This document shows, piece by piece, positions 26,290 to 37,697 of a DNA stretch of 64,000 bases (its first letter is position 1; every line of letters begins with the position of its first letter). The notes under the pieces are model-generated. The model worked only from the letters and a program-made list of their open reading frames with translations. It had not been told where the DNA came from and ran no database searches. The stretch comes from Marsupella aquatica. Lineage: Eukaryota > Plantae > Marchantiophyta. Where the stretch lies: assembly GCA_973895155.1 (NCBI GenBank), contig OZ316891.1, forward strand, positions 8,495,875-8,559,874, given 5' to 3'. Position numbers and translations under genes: made by a program.

Positions 26290-26817
26290 TCATTTGGTTG
26301 CTTTGCCTTTGGGATCATGTCTCCCAGTTCAGAGTTTTTGGTCTACTTTGCCTAGTTTTTGGTCTGCTTTGCCTTGCCTTTGGGATAATGTCATTGGGCT
26401 CTTGGGCACTGTTGATATATTTACTTTGCCTTTGGGATAATGTCATTGGGTTGCTTTCCCTTCGGGATCATGTCTCTGTGTTGACATTTGTTGCCTTTGG
26501 GATCATGTATCCAGGTTGGGGGTTTTTGGCTCTTGGGCAGTGTTGATATATTTACTTTGCCTTTGGGATCATGTCGTTGGGTTGCTTTCCCTTCGGGATC
26601 ATGTCATTGGGTTGCTTTCCCTTCAGGATCATGTCTCTCTGTTGACATTCTTTGCCCTGTTGGGTTGCTTTCCCTTCGGGATCATGTCATTGGGTTGCTT
26701 TCCCTTCAGGATCATGTCTCTCTGTTGACATTCTTTGCCCTTGGGCACCGTGATATATAATGATTCCTACTATTTACATTTTTTGCCCTTGGGCACTGTG
26801 ATATATAATGATTCCTA
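26290..26817. repeat. Degenerate tandem repeats (~29-bp core)
   Basis: Many copies of TTGGGTTGCTTTCCCTTCGGGATCATGTC and related units. The overlapping ORFs here are repeat artefacts. Confidence 0.8.
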
Positions 26818-27568
26818 CCGTTTACAAGTTACTAACTTTGTACCTCGTCTTCCCTCGCAGTCAGCCAGTGGATAGTTGATTTTAACTTTATCCTCATTCC
26901 TATCCAAGAGGGCCGCACATAGGACGACTGGACAGACAAAGCCGGCTGAAAGCGATTGATCGCCGCGGCCAACCGTGGGCCCATAAATCCTGATTTCCTC
27001 TTTTGTATCGAAAGCATTCCTTTCTAACAAATAAAACCCCATACATCCTCACGATTTCTTTCAAGGGTTACGTACAGAATCTCCTAAAAGTAGAGTTATC
27101 AGGTTCGCCGCATCGCACCACACTCGTGATTCTCCGTGTAGAACTGTGGATGGCCCAAAGCCCCCCACACCCTGACGGAGACGACGACCTATCGTTTGAG
27201 AAACAAAAAGTACGAAACAAGGAAAAGGTCGGAGAAAGGAATATCAAATCCTTCGCAGAATGTTTGTCACTGCATGACGTCGATGTATTGATTTACAAAA
27301 GAATGGGCAAGGTGTACTATCTCAGAGAAAACACCCAAAAAAATCGTGGTACCATCCGGCCGTTTACCGAATGGACTTCGCCTGGCTGGCATCTCTAAGC
27401 CTGTTTATCTATGTACAGACGAAATCAAACTTATCCTGTTGTCTGGGTTCGAGTCCCAGATATTTGAATTCCCCCCAAAATTGTTCTATCGTGATGACCA
27501 AATCTAGAGCAGGTCGATCGGTCGCCTTTCTTGCCTGGAGCTATCGAGACTCCGTAAATGAATTGAAT

Positions 27569-30312
27569 CTATTGAACTTTGATATCCCATGCATTCCTTT
27601 GATGAAGGAACTGGGACCAATCCGGTTGAACGAAATTTAGTAGCGCGTGCAGAGTTCGAGAAGCCGTCACGATCTCTCGCACACAGTCGACAATAATACC
27701 GTCCACGTTCAGGTTATGTTGCTGTACCAACGCCTCCGCCACGTTGCTGCAAAAAAATAAGTTTATTACAGCTTTAGAATTCAGTTCATACGTAGAAGCC
27801 ACGAAATTCCATTCTTCAATAACGCTATAACGCTGCCAGTGGGAGCTCGAGTCATAACAGACTTTGTAGACGACGTGGAAACTTACTTCATGTCCCCGTA
27901 CGTGAACAGAGATAGCCCAGCATTTTTTACTTGGGAAGCTAGTTGAGGTTTCTCGAGGATCGCCATGACTTCGGATACAACACCTTGAAGCCCGTCTGTG
28001 TAAGAAAAGGCAACGGCAGAATCGTAAGCCAAACGTTTTCGCGAACGCTACCAGTAAAGAATGAAGGCAGTTCAGAATTTGACGCGTGAACACGTTCTGT
28101 GGAGATCAAAGACGTACTTTGAACGCAGATGTCGATGGCAGCTTCCACCGAGTTTCTGCGTGGGTCTGCATGAATGCGTTCTACTCCGCCCTCCGATAGC
28201 ATGAACACCTGGACACCAAATTAACACTAGATTTAGATAGTAGTTCAAATCGAAAGAATTGATGAGACCGTCAGCCGATGCAGGGAGGTCATAGGAGCGA
28301 TAGAGAAGCGAATGAGAAGCGATAGAAATGTGTACCGGGTAAGTGCTCTGTTCCCGACGTAGAAGGATCGCCGCATCGGGATGAAAACTCGAGAAATAGA
28401 TCGCTCGGCCGCGAGCATAGTTCTCCACATCCTGCACGCAATCATTGCTGAGTAAGCAATCACACAACAAACGACAGTCCAGATAACTCTGGAGTTCGAC
28501 ACATATTGATCTGACTAACCTGGCCTGGCATTGCTAGGGGAAATGTATCCGTCCCTTTTTTATTCAAAAGTACTGTAAAGAAATTAGCAAAGCAGGGAAT
28601 AATACCGCAAGTATCGCGGAAATGACGCGTCTGAGTTCGTGTTCGGTAGTCTCATCCGTGTCGTGAAACTTGACTTCGATGTTAAACCCCATAGATGGAT
28701 CCACCAACTCAAAAGTGTCCTTCAGGGTACAGAGGGAGTCTTCCAAAGTCGAAGACCAAGGTTTCACGGTCCTATCCTTTTGCCTCCTGACCAAGCTCTT
28801 CCCGGCCTGCGCATAGAAATGACCCAATCGTCCCACTTCAACTTTTATGAATAATCAACTACAATGCAACGCACTCCATGACCTACAAACTATCCTTCCC
28901 TTAAAGAAATACAAGCTATCAGGAAAATGTGATAGGGCACACTTGCGCTGAAGATAAATTCTGTCGTCAAGTCATAAGGCATACCTTCCCATCCTTCTGA
29001 GGTCCGAAGGCCAAAAATTCTTCTAAAGTCAGGTCTCCAATTTGACTAGCCTGAAATGTTGCAAGTAGATCGAAGTTATTTAGTCATCAAGGAATCACTG
29101 CTGATAAATCGTGACAATGGCATGATACTGATTTCTTTGATGAGCAACTAATGTTGCAGAAATCGCACTCAGTTTGAAACGAGGGATAACTTACAGCGCG
29201 AGATGACAAATAGCTAAGTACTGTGAAAGCGCAGAAAAACATACCTGGCCTTCAGATAGAATGAGGTCGTCGTGGAAAATCACCGGATGACCATCCTTCG
29301 TCACCTGGCAGGGATCACATCGGGCGTCAATTGTCGAGCGACTAGTATTAAGGGAACTCTCCAATATTTCTACAAGATTCTGGCTAACTATATTACATGG
29401 TTGAGGCGAGGAAGAAAAGACTACCTGGACATCAAATTCCGCGTAGTCTGCACCATTATTAGCAGCCAGATTGAATGATCGGATGGTATTCTCCCTCACT
29501 GACAGTCTGGTGCCGGGAACGTCTCCGATAGAAAGTGCGTTATTCTTTCCGCACCCGCGATGACCCAAGACGAGTAGCCGACTGTTTCGCTTGGCATCTG
29601 CACCGAGGACATAGTCGACAGCTGTCAGAAAAGATGTGCTTCATACGAACACGAATATATCATTCTATAAGTCCTTATCCTGCAGACGCCTCTGCAGTGC
29701 ACGAATAAAGCGGCTGAAATCTGGAGAAACTACGAAACCTCACAACTGCTTACGGTTTCATGTTGTTATGGAACACTGTACGTGACATTTCCGCAACTGA
29801 GGACATATCACGGAACCTTTCGGAAGAAAACTGAAGGCATGATTGCAGTTTCGCAACCAAAAATGCTACGACTCGTGGATCGACTCATGTACGCCAGACG
29901 TGGTTATTTTGCTCTGTATCGTGAATGCAGAGGTGGAAAAGCTTTTAGAAGAGGATAAAGATAGCAATTGCTCACGTACTAAATTACAAGCACAATGCTC
30001 ACCTGGCCGCATATTTTCCGACGCAGTAACTGCAACCGGAACATCGTTCGGGATGGTGTCCAATTTGTAAACAACGGGTGAAGCTGCTCACAGTTCACAG
30101 AAAATCGATATTCAGCAAAACTAAAAATTACTCATAAACGTCCCCATAGACAACCGTGTAACGTTCCACCATTTAGAACAGAATCGTATCCTGAAACAAA
30201 CGGGGTTCCTGACAAATCTAGCAAATCGACAAATCTAGCAAATCGAAAGAACAAACCAACCAACCTCTTGGCATAGCAGACATCCAAACTCACCAACTTT
30301 CGATGCCGCCAT
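27569..30312 (-). CDS. GDPD: Glycerophosphodiester phosphodiesterase (plant GDPD1-3 type), copy 2, 10 exons, frame appears intact
   Basis: Same exon series as copy 1: ATG at 30312 (MAASKV, GTGAG donor), [26 protein letters not shown]...EFDVQ (29621-29425), [48 protein letters not shown], stop at 27569. Confidence 0.9.
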
Positions 30313-32316
30313 TTCTCGATCAATTAAATTCGCTCTTAGAAAAAACGTGAGTCCTGACGCCTCCTCGTCGCCGATCTAAGCACCACACGTCTCGACGCCC
30401 TCCAACTGCTCTCCGCAGGCCAAAACCGTCGTTACGAATCAATTCTCCTAGCACACACGGCCGAGCCGCTGATTGTCTCAATACTTCCCGTACTACCCCT
30501 TCCGTTGCAGCAAGACCCCGAGTAGTGGTCGATCTGGCTAGTGAGCGACATGCTGCTGTGTGCTGAGCCCAAAGCGCTCTTCGCAGCGGCTGATTATAAA
30601 CAGATCGACTGAACCTGAGTGTATTGAATGCAAGATGGGCATCGAGGTGGACGATTCGAGCGCTCCAGAGTCCTCTGACTCGAGTCTCTTTCTTCGTGTG
30701 TTTCTTCTCCCGTAGTAGTCCAGTCACACTCCTCTCTGTTTTCTGTCGTTGCTCGCCTTCATTATCGATTCGAGATCCAACCCGAGCAAACCACCCGCCC
30801 GACGGTCGCTCTCCTTCCGCGCCCGCGCCCGCGCTCCGCATATTCCCCGCATCATTCCCTCCGATGGCCCGTGCATCTTCCTCGTTATTCCCTTGATGCC
30901 CTCCGCGTACGCAGTCCGGGTGGACAGTCGTACCGTATGCGCAGTCCCTATGGAAACCGAGTACTGTACGCAGTTCCGATGGCGACCGAGTACACAGTTC
31001 AGATGGAGACCGTATGCGCAGTGCCTATGGAAACCGAGTGCTGTACGCAGTTCAGATGGAGACCAAGTACGCAGTTCCGTCTGTGTGACCGTCTCAGGCG
31101 GGACCTGCGCGGCCCCCACATGAAACACACTTTCGTGGCCATGAAACCAGGTCTTTTTCTACCCCGCCCGGTCCCCCCTCGCCATTACAATTTCCGAACC
31201 AACCCGGGTCAGCAACGTAGCCTTCCACCTCGGCTTGTCCATGAAACTCGGTCTCCCTTGCTCTCCCGTCCCATCCCAAAGCAGCAAGCATCAACAGTGC
31301 GAAGCTCTTCAGCTACGGAAATAGAACCTCGTTCCTTCCAATGCAATCAAGCCACCTCAGATGCAATCAGAGCCACCTCATAGGCATCTATCTAGCTATC
31401 TATAGGATAATTGGGAATGACAAGCCACATCATAGGCACTTCTTTATCTATTGGTGTATATTAGTGTATATTATAATTAGCAATGTCAACTATGACATGC
31501 GCATCCTAGCTAGCCCATGCTATTTTAACTTATTGATAATAAATTTAATGTACCCTATTTAGAGTACAGATAAATTTAACTACTAGTTTATGAAATAGGA
31601 GTTATCCTATCATATTTAAGTGTATTGAAACAATGATTCTAAAAATGTTAATTAAAAAAAATGCACACCTTAAAGTGAGGAGAGGTACCTTACTTTCTGG
31701 GTGATAGACAAGTATATTAAATTGAATATATAAGTAATTGTACATTAGGGGTATAGGTACTTGTGATTGAAAGACAAATGGGCTAATTTGGTATTCTACT
31801 TTTAAGCTTTGGTTTGCATGAGAGTCTCTCTATTTGGGCGAAATCTGTTAATATATAAACCATAAACATTGGAATTTTTTTGACTGATGGATATATAATC
31901 TAAAGTGCATCTTTCAATTGCGTCCATGTTGAGGCTGGCGAGATGAAACTTGTCACCTAATAATGAATTTTTTCCGACATTGCTATATGGTGAATGCACG
32001 TTTGCGTTTTTTTTCCCCATTTGTTTCTGGCAAAATTAGATTTTTGATTAGCTTTTATAGTAAGGCATTTCTCATTTCTCATAATAATGTCTTCTGGAGT
32101 ATTTTTGGACCCCTCTAGTCAAAAAAATTATTCTTGGTCATCTTAATTTAATTTTCTCCTCTAAAAAACATTTAAGATTGCATTTTACCTTAGAATAAGC
32201 AATGTCTGAAAAAAATTTGCAGACGCCAATTCCCAAGTAACGACTAGCACAAAACTTCTCAATAGTGTCACAAGTCCACCCAAAACCAATGTGGGAAAAA
32301 AAATTGACGACAGCAA

Positions 32317-32590
32317 CTGCAAAATAATGATTTTCCTTTAAAAATCTGTGCACATTATGAATCCACAGAGGAGTTATCCACAAAATGCTTCATAGTTTCA
32401 TGAATCCAAGGACTCGGGTGGGAAATTGAACCCCACATTGTATGTAAATTTGAAGAGAGCAATTGCAAAATAATGATTTTGCTTTAAAAATCTGTGCACA
32501 TTATGAATCCACAGAGTTATCCACAAAATGCTTCATAGTTTCATGGATCCAAGGACTCTGGTGGGGAATTGAACCCCACACTGTATGTGT
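32317..32590. repeat. ~145-bp tandem duplication with tRNA T-arm/B-box-like motif
   Basis: Two copies of TGCAAAATAATGATTTT...CCAAGGACTC...GGGAATTGAACCCCACA. The minus strand reads GTGGGGTTCAATTCCCCACC. Confidence 0.7.
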
Positions 32591-32784
32591 ATACAGTCCT
32601 CCAGGCAGAGTAACCCCCCTCCCCCCCTCTCTTCTTTCGTTCCCATTCACTTCTCACACAAACAAAAAAATGTACATTAAATATGTTTATTTATTCTCTC
32701 ACTCTCATCTATAAACTTACCCTCTCATAAAAATTAAGTACAAGTTGACAAATACTTCCTGTAATACTTACTTGACACTCAGTT

Positions 32785-34035
32785 TTAGTCATCTCCATTG
32801 CATCCACTTACAGGGGATCTTGGCTCAATCTTGACCTTAAAGAGGCTCTTTCTTAAGAGTGTTGTGCAGCCTTTAAATTTGCTCCTTTTCCCTGCATCAA
32901 TATACACTTGTGCAGGTTCTATCTCTTCATCATCAGATAAGACAATTATGTCTGTATTTGTCATCTTCTCCTTTCCTTTCTTAGACCCTAAAGAATGCTC
33001 TGCAGCCAATGCATCAATAGTCTCCAAATAATTACAGTTAGGAAATGGCTGCCTGTCTGCCAATGATACAAATTCGCCCAAAGAATCACCAAATGTCACT
33101 CTCTTCTCAGGCACCTTGATTTCTGCAAACATATCATCAAAACAAACAGATTTTGATTCCACCTTGAACTTCTTGAGAGAACTCTTTGTTGGAGATCCCT
33201 CAATCACTGTGCTCAGTTCAGGTACATCATCATCAGCTGATTCAGAATAATATCTGCCACAACCACCACTCCAAGCTTTTCTAAGAAAAACTTCTTCAAC
33301 ATCAGCTTTGCATACATTGATAGGATCAATAATACATTTCCAAAGACAAGTCATTCTCTTCCTATCCATTCCTTGTCCATTTAAAGGAATAATCCAACTT
33401 GCAGCAGGCATAAAGATCCCAGATTTCACCATCTCTGTTAATGTTGAAATGAATGTTGCATGCAGAGGTCTCTGTGACCTGTATTTGTGCCACACATACA
33501 TTATGTCAGCTACATTCTTGTTTGTGAGGGTTACTCTTGACTTCAGATCTGCTCTGCCAAAAATAGAATGTAACTATTTTCCTGCAATCACTTCTTCATC
33601 AGTAATGTTAAACAATGCTTGCTCAAAATGGGTAGCTCCTAAATCTTTCAAACAATAACCAATCATTCCTTTCCAAGTATGTAATTGTCTATTAGTCAAA
33701 CATTTACACATAACTTTACCAACAGGATTCATATTCTTGACCCCATGCCAACCCATATACTTTCTCACAAGAAAACCAAAAGACCTGGCGGATTTTGTTC
33801 TGGCTCTCACAACCATCTGAAAATGGAGATGATTCTCCAGTTCTCCCCTCTCAAGTCCAATCACACCTGCCACACAATGATCAAGCATGAGACTATGGAG
33901 CTTGTGAATTTCATCCTTATGAACATCAGAACCCAGATATCCCACAGTGATACTCAATTCAAAAACACTGTCAACTAGAGAGGCTTCCTCCTTATCCTGC
34001 ACAGAAAGTCTTGCTTTTCGCTTTAAAGAAGCCAT
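32785..34035 (-). mobile_element. Replitron-like Y1 HUH endonuclease (Rep) transposase gene with one in-frame stop (TAG at 33574-33576)
   Basis: Motif I FELSITV, motif II ERGELENHLHFQ (HUH), motif III GYCLKD (single Tyr). ORFs 33574..34035 and 32785..33501 are in the same frame (EVIAGK*LHSIFGRADLKSRVTLT...MYVW). No Walker A or helicase domain follows. Confidence 0.85.
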
Positions 34036-34399
34036 GTTAACTTCGCACAGAGTTTTCTAGACTCTGGAAACTGCTTCTGTGAAGCTGTATTGCAAATACA
34101 AGAATTCAGTTCAAAAAGATAAGTTGGATAAGTGTCAACTATTTTCACTATAAAAAAAGTTTTTTCTTTTGACTCTACCACTGTTTCGTCCTCCCCTGTA
34201 TTCTCAGTTGCCTGCAAAATCCGAAATGGTCCAGCAAGCAACTTCTCTTCACCTAACCTGCACACCAAAAAACAAAATTCAATATCTCTAACACAATGTG
34301 ATGACTCTTTCTCTATGTTTTCAAGGATCACTTGGGCTAAATCTTTAGGTGTGTAAGGAATGATAGTGATGTCTGCTCCTAGTTGTGATTCGCTGGACA
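34023..34399 (-). CDS. Hypothetical ORF directly upstream of and overlapping the HUH ATG
   Basis: ATG near 34399 (MSSESQLGAD...) within ORF 34023..34460. Its stop lies just past the Rep start codon. It contains possible splice acceptors (…GTGTGCAG, …AATACAG), so the true structure is uncertain. Confidence 0.3.
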
Positions 34400-34494
34400 T
34401 TCCTCTTCCTAGCAACACAAGGGATAGAGAGCAAACACAAGGGACACAAGACAAACACAAGTTAGTTGATGTTAGGGTGAATAATACTCATAGG

Positions 34495-34965
34495 ATGTTA
34501 GTATTCTTGACAGACTCAGACTGTTAGTACTCTTGACAGCCTCGAACTGTTAGTACTCGGCAGACTCAGATTGTTAGTACTCGACAGACTCAGACTGTTA
34601 GTACTCGACAGACTCAGACTCAGACTGTTAGTACTCGACAGACTCAGATTGTTAGTACTCGACAGACTCAGACTGTTAGTACTCGACAGACTCAGACTCA
34701 GACTGTTAGTACTCGACTGACTCAGACTGTTAGTACTCTTGACAGACTCAGACTGTTAGTACTCTTGACAGACTCGGATTGTTAGTACTCCTCAGACTGT
34801 TAGTAAGTATCCTGGCCAAAACTCAAACCTGTTAGTAACCTTGACAGACTCTGTTAGTAAATGACCTTGATATATTCAATGTTAGAGACACCTCAGGACT
34901 GTTAGTGACACAAAGAACCCAAACACTCGAACTGTTAGTAGATAATCTGGACTGAGTGTTAGAGA
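34495..34965. repeat. ~24-bp tandem array (core TGTTAGTACTCGACAGACTCAGAC), ~13 regular plus ~6 degenerate units
   Basis: The TGTTAG core recurs from ~34496 to ~34957. Spacing is regular to ~34800 and then degenerates. Confidence 0.9.
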
Positions 34966-35598
34966 CACCTGAGGACTGGTGTGAGACAGAGAACAAGACT
35001 CAATGACCAAGAACCAAGACTTATAAAACGCAACACAATGTTATATTGACCCAAGTATAACACAATGTTATATTGACCCAACCAAGACCACCTCCACTGA
35101 CCCAAGTATCTGACAAGGGACTGAAGAGACCTCGACCAAACACTATTACACACTGGAGCGAAAACAAGATCAAGAGAAGATCAAAAGCTGAGAGAGCGAA
35201 GACAAGGCAAGGCAATTCTTCTCGAAGACTGAAGAACTGAATGGACTGATACAATGGAGTCCCCTTAAGTAGCAGGCATCAGGTTTTGTCTTCCCCCCAG
35301 ATTAAAGGTTGAGGTTTGTGTTGTCACTCAACTAAACCTTTAACCTGGAGACCAGAAAAAACATCGATCACCTAAGTGAAATGCTAAGTGAACAGTATTG
35401 TATATTTTCATATGATCTCCAAGATACATGGAAACTTTCTCCAGCTTGTGTACAAGAGCGGAGCAACAGTCCGAGTCTGTCAAGAGTCCAGCAGTAAACG
35501 AGTCCAGCCTTGTCACTGTCTCTCTCACTACTCCACCGAGTCGACGCATAAGATATTAGATATGGTGAAGTTTTTGCCTAAACACATTACTCTCCCCA

Positions 35599-36472
35599 CA
35601 GTTTGCGGACTCACTGTCTCTCTCACTACTCCACCAAGTGCCACTATCACCATCATCGTCATGAAAAGCGAGCATCATCGAATGTGGCCTCGGACTATCA
35701 TCCAACAATGAAACAGCAGCGCTGCAGCCAATAGCGCCTCGGACCCAGCAACGAGCAGCATCGAGAGGTCTAGCAGAATCCAGCAGCATTGATAGCAAGC
35801 AGAGTTTAGCTATGAGCACCGACAGTAGCAACGCTGCAGCTAAGTAGGACCTCGGACGAGCAGCATCTACGAGAGCAAGCAGATCGAGTGAAGCAAGTTG
35901 CGATTGAGTACAACCTATGGAGGACCAGCGATGGTAGCAATGATCAAGAGCAAGCATGGAGATCAATCTAGCCTCTCCATGAAGTGGACCACAGCTTGCG
36001 GACTCACTGTCTCTCTCACTACTCCACCGAGTGCCACTATCACCATCATCGTCATGAAAAGTGAGCATCATCGAATGTGGCCTCGGACTATCATCTAGCA
36101 ATGAAACAGCAGCGCTGCAGCCAATAGCGCTGCAGCCAATAGCGCCTTGGACCCAGCAACAAGCAGCATCGAGAGGTCTAGCAGAGTCCAGCAGCATTGA
36201 TAGCAAGCAGAGTTCAGCTACGAGCACCGACAGTAGCAGCGCTGCAGCTAAGTAGGGCCTCAGACGAGCAGCATCTACGAGAGCAAGCAGATCGAGTGAA
36301 GCAAGTTGCGATTGAGTACAGCCTATGGAGGACCAGCGATGGTAGCACAAGTACAGCCTATGAAGGACCAGCGATGGTAGCAATGATCGAGAGCAAGCAT
36401 GGAGATCAATCTATCGATGAAACCAAGATCACATCAGCAGCATCGACAGCAGCCTCTCCATGAAGTGGACCA
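35599..36472. repeat. ~390-bp tandem duplication
   Basis: CAG(T/C)TTGCGGACTCACTGTCTCTCTCACTACTCCACC... starts at ~35599 and again at ~35992. Both copies end ...GCCTCTCCATGAAGTGGACCAC. Confidence 0.85.
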
Positions 36473-36667
36473 CGATAGCAGCACTCAGCCGGGAGCAAAG
36501 ATCAGATAGACAGCATCGCTGAGAAGCGGACCACGATAGATTGAAGGGGAGCAGGAGATCAGCAGCAGCATCGATTGAGCAAGGCAAGGCAGCAGCATCG
36601 ATCGAGTAGCAACACGAGAGACACAGCCACAGCAAGCAGCATCCAAGCCACAGTGAGCAGCATCGAC

Positions 36668-36830
36668 AGCAGCCGAGAAGCTCTTGCAGCTCCAAGCCAC
36701 AGCGAGCACAGCCGAGAAGCTCTTGCAGCTCCAAGCCACAGCGAGCACAGCCGAGAAGCTCTTGCAGCTCCAAGCCACAACGAGCACAGCCGAGAAGCTC
36801 TTGCAGCTCCAAGCCACAGCGAGCACAGGC
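36668..36830. repeat. 39-bp tandem repeat, ~4 copies
   Basis: Unit CAGCCGAGAAGCTCTTGCAGCTCCAAGCCACAGCGAGCA. Confidence 0.9.
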
Positions 36831-37500
36831 GAGAGAGCACAGGCGAGCCCCAACATGCAACACGAGAGACATAGCCACGAGAGACACAGCCACCATAGAC
36901 ACAGCCACGAGGCCTGCCCCAATAGACTTGCAGCTCCAAGCGACAGCGAGCGCAAGCACAGGCCTGCCCCAGCCTAGAACAATGAACGAAGCTGCAGTAT
37001 CCCCAAAGCACCTTCGATCCCCACCACTCGATCTTCCAACTTGATCGTGTGGTCCTTGCTGCCCCTATAGATACGTTGCTGGGCCCTGCACTACCAATGT
37101 ACGTTTTTGAAAAATGGTGCTGGATACCTATTGCCTTGGATACCCGACTACTGCCTTGGATACTTCTCTGCATCCGATACCCATATGACAGCATGACGGC
37201 CTATGACTGCATTGGATCCCCTCTGCCCTCGCTGTCTCTATGTGTCTGACTTGTGCTCCAACGTTCCTTTCAATCCCCACCCTGGTCAAATTAAGTCCAA
37301 AATATACTCAGTTACCATACTCTATTTCTATTGTAAAATGTGCATTCAATAAGACAAAATAGGCGTGTATTAGGACTAACATGCTATATGAAGAATCTTA
37401 GATGAAAAGTTACTAAAGAAAATTAATGTGAAAAATTAGTATAACTTATGTATATTTCTAGCATAACTGTATTAAAACTAAGGACTTGAAAACTTAGAGA

Positions 37501-37697
37501 GGTAGGAGAAAGAGCTAAATTCAAATTTATCAAAGTGAGAGCATAGACTAGCTAAGTTCAAATTTATATAAATTGAAAGCATAGACTAGATCATATGTAT
37601 GGGTAGGAGAAAGAGCTAAATTCAAATTAATCAAAGTGAGAGCATAGACTAGCTAAATTCAAATTTATATAAATTGAAAGCATGGACTAGACCATAT
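37501..37697. repeat. ~100-bp tandem duplication
   Basis: GGTAGGAGAAA(A)GAGCTAAATTCAAATT...GACTAGA present twice. Confidence 0.85.

Noticed and set aside
26102-26760. Membrane-protein-like ORFs
   Set aside because: They arise from T-rich tandem repeats in several frames, with no domain or splice support.
30320-31383. Long GC-rich ORFs upstream of GDPD copy 2
   Set aside because: They overlap the GDPD 5' UTR/promoter and are not kept open in the paralogous copy-1 region.
32785-34035. Endogenous CRESS virus Rep or Helitron RepHel
   Set aside because: No Walker A/SF3 or PIF1 helicase motifs, a single catalytic Tyr, no capsid ORF and no canonical TAGTATTAC stem-loop seen.
34495-34965. CRISPR array
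   Set aside because: Units are head-to-tail with no unique spacers in the regular part, no cas genes are present, and the context is eukaryotic.
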